Shown here in pieces: positions 1 through 8,822 of a DNA stretch of 20,000 nt. The DNA is taken from the IMG/VR virus record IMGVR_UViG_3300009512_000012. One strand, 5' to 3'. Within the stretch, counting starts at the first letter, position 1; each line of letters starts with the position of its first letter. Origin of the DNA: an uncultured virus (IMG/VR IMGVR_UViG_3300009512_000012). Its lineage: Duplodnaviria > Heunggongvirae > Uroviricota > Caudoviricetes. A program made the translations under genes and the position numbers. The notes under the pieces are model-generated. The model was not told the DNA's origin, made no database searches, and saw only the letters and a list, made by a program, of their open reading frames with translations.

Positions 1-3000
1 TTGTGTGCTGAGAAGATTAACTTAATAGCAGTTGCTGGATTTTCCAATGCAACTTTCTTTGTAATATAAATGAATGCGTTTTGGTCACCGCTAGGTTGTG
101 TTGAATCTTTGTAATTAGTTGTAGGGAAGACATCAGATGAACTATCAATGTTATTAATTCTATTTGCGACAGCAATAAATGATGCACGACCTAAATCAAT
201 TATAGGTGTGATATCTGAATTTTGACTTGTTAGTGTTAATGGAATGAATAATGATTTGATACCAGCAAGTTCATTTGTTTCATTTATATCAGATGCGATT
301 ATACTTGTTGTTGATTTATTAAAGTTTTCATTGAAAGGAATGGAAATCGCATTACCTAGTGTTCTTGTTGAGAATGATGTCTCTGTACCACTTGGTGATG
401 TACCTGTAGTGTCTCTTAATGTAGATGCAATTTTTGTATTACCTAGTTCAAGAGAACCAATAATTGTTTTAGCAGTTTCGTATCGATAGTTTTCTGAAGC
501 ATATATATTTATTCCACCAACTTCAGCAGTTGTAGAACCACCCGAAACAGTTGGAGCATTTGTAAGAGTAACAGTATAAGAATCTATTCCTATGTTTGCT
601 ATTGCAGTATGAATTTTGTTAATTTCTACAAGTGACGTACCTAAGATTTGATAGAGTTCAATTGTTGCGTTTGCGTCATGTATTGCAGCTGTTGAACCAC
701 TAGTACCTCTTGTAAGTGAAGATACTGTGCCTGAACTATTTGAACCTGTAATAATTTCATTTCCAATTTTAAGAGTTATTGCTCCAGCTGGGAAGTTTGT
801 ATTAGAAGTTAAAACTAATGAAGTTCCAGCCGCAGTTATACCTGCACTTAGTGTTGTACTAATACCTGAACTAACACCCGTAATTCTTACATTATTTGCA
901 GTTGAATACATACCATGGTCGATATGTTTTACTTTTAGTACAGTTGAACTATTTGTCATAGTTAATGGATTAGCTGTTAATCTCTTTCCATACACAGTTG
1001 TACCCAATTCATTTGTTACTGCATCACCAATAATATCATTTTGTAAAGTTAAGTTACCTGCGGCAGTTGTATCAAATACTGCTTTGTTTAAAGTAAATTT
1101 TAAATCCTCTGATTGAGAAGCAGTCCAAGCAGTATTGTTTTGTGATTTAAACAATACCCCTAAATGTGGTTGTTTTGATACTACTCTTAATCCACCAATA
1201 TCAGTTTCACCCATTCTTGAAATCCAAATTTTAGGTTGAATAGTATGAGCCCTAACAACAATACAATATTCTGTTCCACCCTTAACATAGATAGGTGAAT
1301 CAAACGTAAATGTTGTTGCTGTTGAAGCATCAGTTGATACATTAATTTCTGAAGGTTTTAAAACTTTTCTGCCAAATGGAAGAATTTTAGGACCGGGATA
1401 TCCATTAATAACATTTCTTAATTCAATCCAAATTGGACCATCATTATCTCTTGTTTCAAAATAAAGGTCAACTGAAGTTAAAAAACAACCATCTGGGTCT
1501 TCTACTAAAAATGTTTGTGCAAGAGGGTCAATCTTTTCACCTCTCTCTATAGCAGCTGCTCTTAGGGCCTCTCTTCTTTCTTTACCATCACTATTATCTC
1601 TTTGAGCAGTTTGACTGATAATTCTAGCAGAGGTATCAAGAACGGAAGTAGTTTGAGTAACATCTGTTTGTACAACTTTTGCGTTTCTTGTTGCAATAAT
1701 TGTTTCTTGCTCTGTTTCTAATATTCCTTTTGCAGAATATATTACTGAACCAGAAGTTATTGGTAATGGACTAACTAAATTTGTTGCACTTGCTGTAATT
1801 TTAAATTCTAACTCACCAGTTTTAAATTTAGGAATATTTTCTTGACCTTTAAATTTATAGTCAGGAATTGCAAAGGTTCCGTTAACATCACCAAGACCAT
1901 CTGTAACAAGTTGAATACCTGCGGCTGGTGTAACAGCACCTTCGGTATATGTAGATGATTCTGCTGTAACATAAGCGTTAACATCGGTACCATCAAAAAA
2001 TACATAAACTTTTGTATTAGGATAAAAACCTTCACCTGTAAATGTAATTGTTCTAGGTCTTACCCATGGTATAAGTGCTTTTGCAATAATTCTTGTACCT
2101 GAAGATTCTTCATCAATTTGTTCTATAACATTTGTTGCAATACCAGAACGAGTTAAATCGGAACGAGTTGTTTGAATTGCTCTTGTAATTATTCTATTAC
2201 CTTGACGAGTAGTTTCTTGTCTTGATGCAATAACACCAGACCACTGAGTTTCCCAAGCATTCCAAAGTGTACCAATTCTATTTTCATTAGCAGCTAAAAC
2301 TGAATCAAAGTTTCCGTCCACATTAATAATTAAATCGGGTGCAGTTTCAGTCTCAAACCACTCATCACCTTCTGGTGATAGTTTAATCATGCCTACCCAG
2401 TTTGGAACATAAACAGGTTGTATTCTTTCAACTCTTGTTGCATATGGATTTTCTGAATGCATTGTAGATGTATATGGAAGTGTTAATAAGTCACCTGTTT
2501 TTGCGTATCCTAAAGCAGCTCTTTCTGTATCAGTTGAAACAGTTTCTATAAGGCCTGCGGCTCTCATAACACACTTTGGTCTTAATTCTTTAAACTGTTG
2601 GTCTATTGCATTTTTATAATCTGTATTTTTAACATCACCTACTCTGTGACCTGAAAAGTTATCTACTACAAAACCAGATTTAAATCTGTTTAATCCATTT
2701 GCATCTGTAATTTCAAATGATTCGGCATCTCTTTCAAGTAAAGATAAGTTTGTATAATACTCAAGGTTTTGAATTCTGTTCTGTAATTTACCAATATCCT
2801 TCATAGTAAATCTTTGATTTCTTTCTCTTGAAATTTGAATATCAGTAGGTCTAAATGTAAAGGCAGGTATAAATGCACTTGCAAGTTTCATTGCTCCGTC
2901 AATTTGTTTAGGTTCTGTTGGAACTTCAGCAGACGGACCTTCAACGATTTTAAATGTTCCGTCTTGACCAAGATATACAGCAATAATTTTATTTAAATAA

Positions 3001-6000
3001 AATTCAAAGTCAACTGTTCCTAGTGTACCTGGTTTTGGTGTATCAACTGTCGAAGAACCTGCACCATCAAATTGTCTATGAAAGAAATCAAATGATTTGT
3101 CAGTCAATGTATCAATAGCAGATTCCGTATCACTTGCACCAGTAACATTTTCACATGTTGGTCTAAAATCTAAACAATCTGTTAATTCAAACTCACCAGT
3201 TGGTTCTGGTTCATCTGGGTCAACTCTTGTAGCAGTATAAGTTGGAATATCATCGTATTGCATTCTTTTAGCTGCATCTTGATAAGAATCTACACTAAAG
3301 AAAGAACCTGAAGAATGAGAAAAGAAATCAAATACTACTAACAGTCTTCCTCTTGGTTTTGCAGAATTAGATTTTAATTCTAGTCTTGATATGTCGTAAT
3401 AGTTATCTCTTTGACCTGTGTCTAAAACATAGTGAGATGTAATAACTCTTGAACCAGCAGCTATTGATGATACAGTTGCAATTGCAGTTGAAGATGCACC
3501 TGTGATTATTTCGTTAGCAGAAAAATCAATAGCACCATCTCCATTTTGTAAGTAGTAAGAAATTGGTGATGTAGGACTAACAACAATACCTACTGCACCA
3601 GAAGAACTACCAGTAATTCTTTCGCCTCTTGTAAAGGTACCAGTAGCACTTGTTAATGTTAAAGTTGGAAGGGTCGCATCAGCACTAGTACTTTCGGAAT
3701 CTAAAACTACTCCTAAATTAAATACGTCAGCTCTTCCTAAAGAAATTACTTCGTCAGTTGCTTTTGTTCCAAATGCACCAGCAGTTACTCCAGCTACTTT
3801 TACTTGTTTTGATAATTTTGTATTTTTAATTCTTTGTGTTACGCCAGTTTTTAAAATGGTTGCAGTTAAAAGAACTTTTGAAGAATCGCCAAGAGCAGAG
3901 TTGTCTGTGATTGTAATTGTTGATGTACCTGCGCCTGTAATATTACCACTTACTGAAACAATATCACCTTGTGCGGCAGTACCATCACCTGCTGTTAGAA
4001 CACTTAATGTATAATCTTTTTCTGTGTGCGTTAAGAATGATTCATTTGCACCTGCTGTAAATGAAATACCACCACTTGAGTTTGTTGTGCCAATAAACTG
4101 TCTTCTTATTGTTATTGAAGTATCAGACGCACCATCATTAGCAGTTGTTAAAAGTGTCTTAATAGTTTTTTTAGAAAGTCTATATATGGCAACATTCTTT
4201 TCAGAATCTATAAGTTTTGCATCTTGTTTTGTTTCTAACGCTAATGTTGAAGTATTGTCTGTTTCAGAAACAAAGTTTGCATTTTCATTTGTTCCATTTG
4301 CGTCTGATTGGTTTGCAATAAGAGAACCTACTATTGTACCACTTAAATCAATATCAGCAGTAAAGTCTTGACCTGCATCAGTATCATCTTGAAATAGTGA
4401 ACGAGTTTCGGAAAGTGTGTGTGTAACAACATCTAAAACTGTAACATCAGCGTTAGCAGCTGTTTCTACAATTTGGTCTGTCTCTGCACTATCAGAAGCA
4501 ATTAATTTTTCACCTGTAAGAAAATTACCAGAAACATTTGTTAAAACAATAGTCACGGCCGATGTTAAATTTCCAAATATAAACCCAGTTGCACCTGTTG
4601 TAGCACCAGTAATTCTTACACCACCATTTGCATGATTAGATATTAAAGTTGCTGACGGTACACCTGATAAAGTTAAATAAGTAAATGGTCTAATATCAAA
4701 AAGAAATAATTTGTATATCGCATCATCATTTCCAGCAGAACCAGAATCGTATTCTATTGTTCTTGCTCTGGCAAGACCAATCTGTCTACCTGATGCAACT
4801 CCTTTAGTATGTGTAACATCATCATGTAATTGAATTGTTTCGTAAGCACCTTGTTCACCACTGATTGCACTAACTTTAGGTTGATTGTATAATTTTTTAA
4901 TTTTAATAAAGTTACCTAGTTCAGTATTAACTGTACCAGTATTGACAGTATCAAAATCTCTTGCTTTCTTAATATCTTTAAATGTAATTGCAGTCTTTTC
5001 AATTTCGTAACCACGAACATATGCTTTACCTGGTGATATTGCTAAATCGAAAAAGTCCTCTGCAGCTGTATTACCATCGGCAGTTAAAACACCAGCAGTA
5101 TAAACACCTCTAAACTCTGTGCCTTTGTGTCTATTTGAAATCTGTTCTCTTGCATCTATTTGAAAAGGCCTTACAGTATAGTCACCTGATTCATCAAATG
5201 TTCTTCTTGCAAGTGTATCACCTAATACTGAATATTCAGTTGGTCTAGCATCTGAATCTACTTTACCTTCGGAAACTCTAGTTATCTCTACAAACTTATC
5301 GTCACTTGTAGAATCAATAGGTAATGATGTAAGAACTAAATCAATTTTAAGTCTATGAGCACCTTTGGCTGCAAAGTTTGATGAACCTGTTGCATTATCT
5401 GTAAGTGAAGCATCATCTTCTGGTGCCGCTAAAGTTTCTGTTATTGTAAATCCGATTCTACCACTTGCTATTTGTGATGCGTCATCTAATACTAAAGTCT
5501 GTTCTTCCATTTGAACAAAAGTTCCACGCACAAAATAAACACCATTACCTGCTGTTATAGCAGTACCTTTTTGGGCTGCATTTAAATTATGAGTAGTAGC
5601 AGAATTCGAATTAATCGCATAACTTGTTGTATGAGTAATAGCTGTATCAGCAAAGATATTTTCATCATCTGCAAATATATTAGTTTCTAAATCTGAACCT
5701 GTTGAAATATATTGAATGTATAATAATGGTTGAGATGTAGTTGTTGCAGCTTTGACGCCAATAACTTTTGCTTTAACGCCAGTTGTAGCACCAACAATTG
5801 TGATGGGTGATGTTGCACTATAATATTGATTAATATCAATTGCTTCAGATGCAAAAGTAGAAGCTAATAAAACAGATGAGTAACTTGTATTTACACTAAT
5901 TCCACCAGGTATTACAATTGAACCCTCTTGAAAAACATGTGAACCAAATCTTTCAATTTGATTTTGAAGTATTGATTGTAGTTGTGTTAATTCTCTCGCT

Positions 6001-6101
6001 TGAACAGCGAACCCTGGTCGAAACAATATACGATGAAAATTCTTATCTTCTTTAAAATCATCATAATATGGTGCGACATTTAAATCTGTTTTTTGTGCCA
6101 T
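1..6101 (-). CDS. vrlC: VrlC-like / DUF4815 large virion structural protein (3'-truncated by window edge, >2,030 aa)
   Basis: Absent from the ORF track because its stop lies outside the window. ATG at 6101, immediately after the gp8 stop, reads MAQKTDLNVAPYYDDFKEDKNFHRILFRPGFAVQARELTQLQSILQNQIERFGSHVFQEGS, the hallmark N-terminus of this family. Internal motifs include LARRTFDESGDY, RFKSGFVVDNF and DPLAQTF. The same frame still reads YITKKVALENPATAIKL at base ~20. It follows gp8, as in marine T4-like phages. Confidence 0.9.
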   Translation of the reverse strand, partial: MAQKTDLNVAPYYDDFKEDKNFHRILFRPGFAVQARELTQLQSILQNQIERFGSHVFQEGSIVIPGGISVNTSYSSVLLASTFASEAIDINQYYSATSPITIVGATTGVKAKVIGVKAATTTSQPLLYIQYISTGSDLETNIFADDENIFADTAITHTTSYAINSNSATTHNLNAAQKGTAITAGNGVYFVRGTFVQMEEQTLVLDDASQIASGRIGFTITETLAAPEDDASLTDNATGSSNFAAKGAHRLKIDLVLTSLPIDSTSDDKFVEITRVSEGKVDSDARPTEYSVLGDTLARRTFDESGDYTVRPFQIDAREQISNRHKGTEFRGVYTAGVLTADGNTAAEDFFDLAISPGKAYVRGYEIEKTAITFKDIKKARDFDTVNTGTVNTELGNFIKIKKLYNQPKVSAISGEQGAYETIQLHDDVTHTKGVASGRQIGLARARTIEYDSGSAGNDDAIYKLFLFDIRPFTYLTLSGVPSATLISNHANGGVRITGATTGATGFIFGNLTSAVTIVLTNVSGNFLTGEKLIASDSAETDQIVETAANADVTVLDVVTHTLSETRSLFQDDTDAGQDFTADIDLSGTIVGSLIANQSDANGTNENANFVSETDNTSTLALETKQDAKLIDSEKNVAIYRLSKKTIKTLLTTANDGASDTSITIRRQFIGTTNSSGGISFTAGANESFLTHTEKDYTLSVLTAGDGTAAQGDIVSVSGNITGAGTSTITITDNSALGDSSKVLLTATILKTGVTQRIKNTKLSKQVKVAGVTAGAFGTKATDEVISLGRADVFNLGVVLDSESTSADATLPTLTLTSATGTFTRGERITGSSSGAVGIVVSPTSPISYYLQNGDGAIDFSANEIITGASSTAIATVSSIAAGSRVITSHYVLDTGQRDNYYDISRLELKSNSAKPRGRLLVVFDFFSHSSGSFFSVDSYQDAAKRMQYDDIPTYTATRVDPDEPEPTGEFELTDCLDFRPTCENVTGASDTESAIDTLTDKSFDFFHRQFDGAGSSTVDTPKPGTLGTVDFEFYLNKIIAVYLGQDGTFKIVEGPSAEVPTEPKQIDGAMKLASAFIPAFTFRPTDIQISRERNQRFTMKDIGKLQNRIQNLEYYTNLSLLERDAESFEITDANGLNRFKSGFVVDNFSGHRVGDVKNTDYKNAIDQQFKELRPKCVMRAAGLIETVSTDTERAALGYAKTGDLLTLPYTSTMHSENPYATRVERIQPVYVPNWVGMIKLSPEGDEWFETETAPDLIINVDGNFDSVLAANENRIGTLWNAWETQWSGVIASRQETTRQGNRIITRAIQTTRSDLTRSGIATNVIEQIDEESSGTRIIAKALIPWVRPRTITFTGEGFYPNTKVYVFFDGTDVNAYVTAESSTYTEGAVTPAAGIQLVTDGLGDVNGTFAIPDYKFKGQENIPKFKTGELEFKITASATNLVSPLPITSGSVIYSAKGILETEQETIIATRNAKVVQTDVTQTTSVLDTSARIISQTAQRDNSDGKERREALRAAAIERGEKIDPLAQTFLVEDPDGCFLTSVDLYFETRDNDGPIWIELRNVINGYPGPKILPFGRKVLKPSEINVSTDASTATTFTFDSPIYVKGGTEYCIVVRAHTIQPKIWISRMGETDIGGLRVVSKQPHLGVLFKSQNNTAWTASQSEDLKFTLNKAVFDTTAAGNLTLQNDIIGDAVTNELGTTVYGKRLTANPLTMTNSSTVLKVKHIDHGMYSTANNVRITGVSSGISTTLSAGITAAGTSLVLTSNTNFPAGAITLKIGNEIITGSNSSGTVSSLTRGTSGSTAAIHDANATIELYQILGTSLVEINKIHTAIANIGIDSYTVTLTNAPTVSGGSTTAEVGGINIYASENYRYETAKTIIGSLELGNTKIASTLRDTTGTSPSGTETSFSTRTLGNAISIPFNENFNKSTTSIIASDINETNELAGIKSLFIPLTLTSQNSDITPIIDLGRASFIAVANRINNIDSSSDVFPTTNYKDSTQPSGDQNAFIYITKKVALENPATAIKLIFSAH

Positions 6102-6102
6102 A

Positions 6103-7596
6103 TTAAAACTCTATAATTAATTTTATGTCTTCGGTTTGGTCTGAAACTCTTTGTATTGGTTGTCTGTTTTCTAAGTACACAATGTTACCACTATCTGGTT
6201 GTAACTCGGGTGTTGCATAACCACTAGTGAAGGTAATAGTATTTCCACCAGTAAGTGTAACTGTATTCGAACTATCAGAAATTGGGGCAGCAACAGCACT
6301 TGAAGTAGAACCTGTTACATTATTTGTGCCACTAAATGCTACAAACGATTGTGTTGTAGTTGCAGTTCCATAAGTTGAAAATCTTTCTTGTTGATAATAT
6401 AATATTTTGTTAGTAGAATCCCACTCAACAACTCTACCAATAGCACCAGTAGTTGTTTGAGTAATTTGTTCATCGACTGAAAATGTACCAGATGCTGAAG
6501 CAAATTTAACAGCATAAGTCATTCTAGCTGTTGATGCAGTTGCCACTGTTGTTGTACCATAAGTCGTAGGGTCTACAACAAGTCCAACATTTCTAAAATC
6601 ATTTGCAGTTGTTACGTCATCACCCTCTGCTTGTGTTAATGTTGTATTGGTCATTACAAAGTGTCCACCTAATTCATTTATCGCATTGTTGCCATGACCG
6701 TCAAAAGGTGAGATAACTATTCTTATTGCTCCACCAGAACCTGAACCAATACTTGTTGAAGAAGATAATGCTGTATCAGAAAAGACATTTGTTAATGAAA
6801 CGTTTCCAAAAGTATAATTTGTACTACCTGCATGAATTGTTGTATCAGTTCCAGCAGTTAAACCAAATGAAGCAATAGCCCCACCTGCAATAGTAATACG
6901 TACAATACCACCAGAAGATGTTCCTTGACTTGTACCATCACCAAAAATTGGAGAGTAGTATGTTCCGTTTGTATAACCTGAACCTGCTGTTACTATAAGA
7001 GATTCAATTTTACCAGCTACGGCCGCAGTAGAAACAGTTGTATCTGTAGATACTGGCATATAATCATTAGTTAAAAATTTTGCACCTTGTGATGCTGTAA
7101 TATTGTACATGTATTTTAAAACATATCCACCAGATGAGAACGGTGATGTACTAGTAGAAGTAGGTTCTGAACCCGAATAAGCAATTCCACCATTGTTATC
7201 TAATACTTTATAGACATTTTGAGTTGATGTTATAAAGTAAAAATTACCTTGATATATCGAAGAGGCACCACTTGTTGTTGTATTTGATGCTGAGATTGTA
7301 TCATCATACATATCGTAAACTGTATTGTTAGCCCAGTTAACTCTTGGAAGAGCGTTAGAGATATTTGAACTTGAAATATTTTTTGCAGCTATCATAGCAT
7401 CCCATGAATAAAACTCACCTGAAACTGAATCGGCAGGTGTTGGAGGTGCTGCGTCTGTTCCCCCTGATGTGCCTGATGTGTAAGGCATTGATTTACCTAT
7501 AAAAAGATAATATGTTGATTTTGAAGTTTCAGAGAATGATTCAACGAATTGTGTGGCGTTGTGTAATCTGAATTTTTCTGTAATAATAGCTGTCAT
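6103..7596 (-). CDS. gp8: Baseplate wedge subunit gp8-like
   Basis: 497 aa with MTAIITEKFRLHNA, YYLFIGK, PRVNW...YDMY, VYKVLDNNGG, GYVLKYMY, GHGNNAINELGG and the C-terminal YLENRQPIQRVSDQTEDIKLIIEF, all typical of T4-like gp8. Synteny fits. Confidence 0.9.
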   Translation of the reverse strand: MTAIITEKFRLHNATQFVESFSETSKSTYYLFIGKSMPYTSGTSGGTDAAPPTPADSVSGEFYSWDAMIAAKNISSSNISNALPRVNWANNTVYDMYDDTISASNTTTSGASSIYQGNFYFITSTQNVYKVLDNNGGIAYSGSEPTSTSTSPFSSGGYVLKYMYNITASQGAKFLTNDYMPVSTDTTVSTAAVAGKIESLIVTAGSGYTNGTYYSPIFGDGTSQGTSSGGIVRITIAGGAIASFGLTAGTDTTIHAGSTNYTFGNVSLTNVFSDTALSSSTSIGSGSGGAIRIVISPFDGHGNNAINELGGHFVMTNTTLTQAEGDDVTTANDFRNVGLVVDPTTYGTTTVATASTARMTYAVKFASASGTFSVDEQITQTTTGAIGRVVEWDSTNKILYYQQERFSTYGTATTTQSFVAFSGTNNVTGSTSSAVAAPISDSSNTVTLTGGNTITFTSGYATPELQPDSGNIVYLENRQPIQRVSDQTEDIKLIIEF

Positions 7597-7614
7597 GAAC
7601 TCTTCCTTTACATG

Positions 7615-7622
7615 TATTTATA
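7615..7622 (-). promoter_or_regulatory. T4-type late promoter TATAAATA (proximal)
   Basis: Exact TATAAATA on the minus strand, 18 nt upstream of the gp8 ATG. Confidence 0.8.
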
Positions 7623-7626
7623 CAAA

Positions 7627-7634
7627 TATTTATA
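7627..7634 (-). promoter_or_regulatory. T4-type late promoter TATAAATA (distal, tandem copy)
   Basis: Second exact TATAAATA offset 12 bp from the first, in the same 44-bp intergenic gap. Confidence 0.7.
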
Positions 7635-7640
7635 CTATAT

Positions 7641-8822
7641 TTAGGTCCTTGTAATAATAACCGAACTACGTGTTACAGGTTGCATTCCTATCGCTGCATC
7701 GTTGTTAGGTATACCTTGATTTACTCCTAATCCATAGTTTACACTAGGGATTTGTCCTACTTCTAGTATCTTTGTTGATTCTTCACTTATTAAATGATTA
7801 AATTCTGCTGCAATATCTAAAAAATCAGTTTCTATTAAAACTGCAAAGTCATCCTCTAGAGTGATTTGGTCAGATTCTAACCCACCACCAGTACCAACTT
7901 CTAATTGAATTCCGTCTTTAGGTTCTGGTTGTAGAGATGTTTCTAATTGTATTCTCTGATTTGATTCTGTTGCAAGTGTTCGTTTCAGTGAACGTGTATC
8001 ATATTCTTCTAAAATTAAAGAACCATTGTCCTCTAATAAAAATCTAAAGTTATCTTCACTCTTTAGTTGTGAATCTAAATCACTTGAAGATTCATCTGTA
8101 CCATCTAAAGTAAGTACACCACCACTTTCTTCTAGTTCAAAACCATCCTCATCAATAGAACCAGAGTTAATATCACCCTGACCTGCGATTGTAGAACGAT
8201 TTGGATTTAGTTTAGTATCATCAAACTGTTCTTGCAAACTATCCTCTGCTGTTAAAATTCTACCATCTTCAGCATTTAGTCTTGTTAATGCAGGTACAGT
8301 TCCGTCTTCAGATATAAGAGCATGGTCGCCATTAAAAAGAATCGTATCTTCTAGTGTTATAACTCTACCATCTTGAGATGCGATAGGTGTTGTACCATCA
8401 AACTCTGCAACAAGTTTATTATCAAGTTCAAATCCTTGTATTGAATTTGGTTGTTCTGATAATATCTTACTTGGTCTAAGTACGTTAGATATATTAATGT
8501 TACCGATTTGTTGAAAATTAAATGTTGATTGATTTGTAGGATTATCTTGTAATAATCTATCTCCAACACTTTGAACTTGAAAGGGTGTAAATGTTAAAAC
8601 AGAAGTTTCAGCAAGAAATCTATTTGTGTCTTGACCTACAGTTCCAAACTCAGCAATAAAATTATCACCATTTGTTTCGTCAACAATAAAATTAGTTTGT
8701 GGTGTTGGTGGAATTCCGTCTAAAATAATTCTTTCTGTTAAACTACCTTCAAGTTGAATACCATCACCATCTTGTTCTCCAAAAGGATTTTGTGCTAAAT
8801 GTAAAAATAAATTTTGTGCCAT
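7641..8822 (-). CDS. Very acidic repeat-rich putative structural protein (baseplate-associated, hypothetical)
   Basis: 393 aa. The start overlaps the gp7 stop (TAATG). It has many [IL]x[LA]E[DTS]G-like repeats and lies between gp7 and gp8. Confidence 0.75.
   Translation of the reverse strand: MAQNLFLHLAQNPFGEQDGDGIQLEGSLTERIILDGIPPTPQTNFIVDETNGDNFIAEFGTVGQDTNRFLAETSVLTFTPFQVQSVGDRLLQDNPTNQSTFNFQQIGNINISNVLRPSKILSEQPNSIQGFELDNKLVAEFDGTTPIASQDGRVITLEDTILFNGDHALISEDGTVPALTRLNAEDGRILTAEDSLQEQFDDTKLNPNRSTIAGQGDINSGSIDEDGFELEESGGVLTLDGTDESSSDLDSQLKSEDNFRFLLEDNGSLILEEYDTRSLKRTLATESNQRIQLETSLQPEPKDGIQLEVGTGGGLESDQITLEDDFAVLIETDFLDIAAEFNHLISEESTKILEVGQIPSVNYGLGVNQGIPNNDAAIGMQPVTRSSVIITRT

Noticed and set aside
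244..4635. Plus-strand ORFs (244, 727, 4024, 4417) and the minus-strand ORF 1808-2035
   Set aside because: These are antisense or out-of-frame shadows of the continuous VrlC-like gene and have no recognisable motifs.
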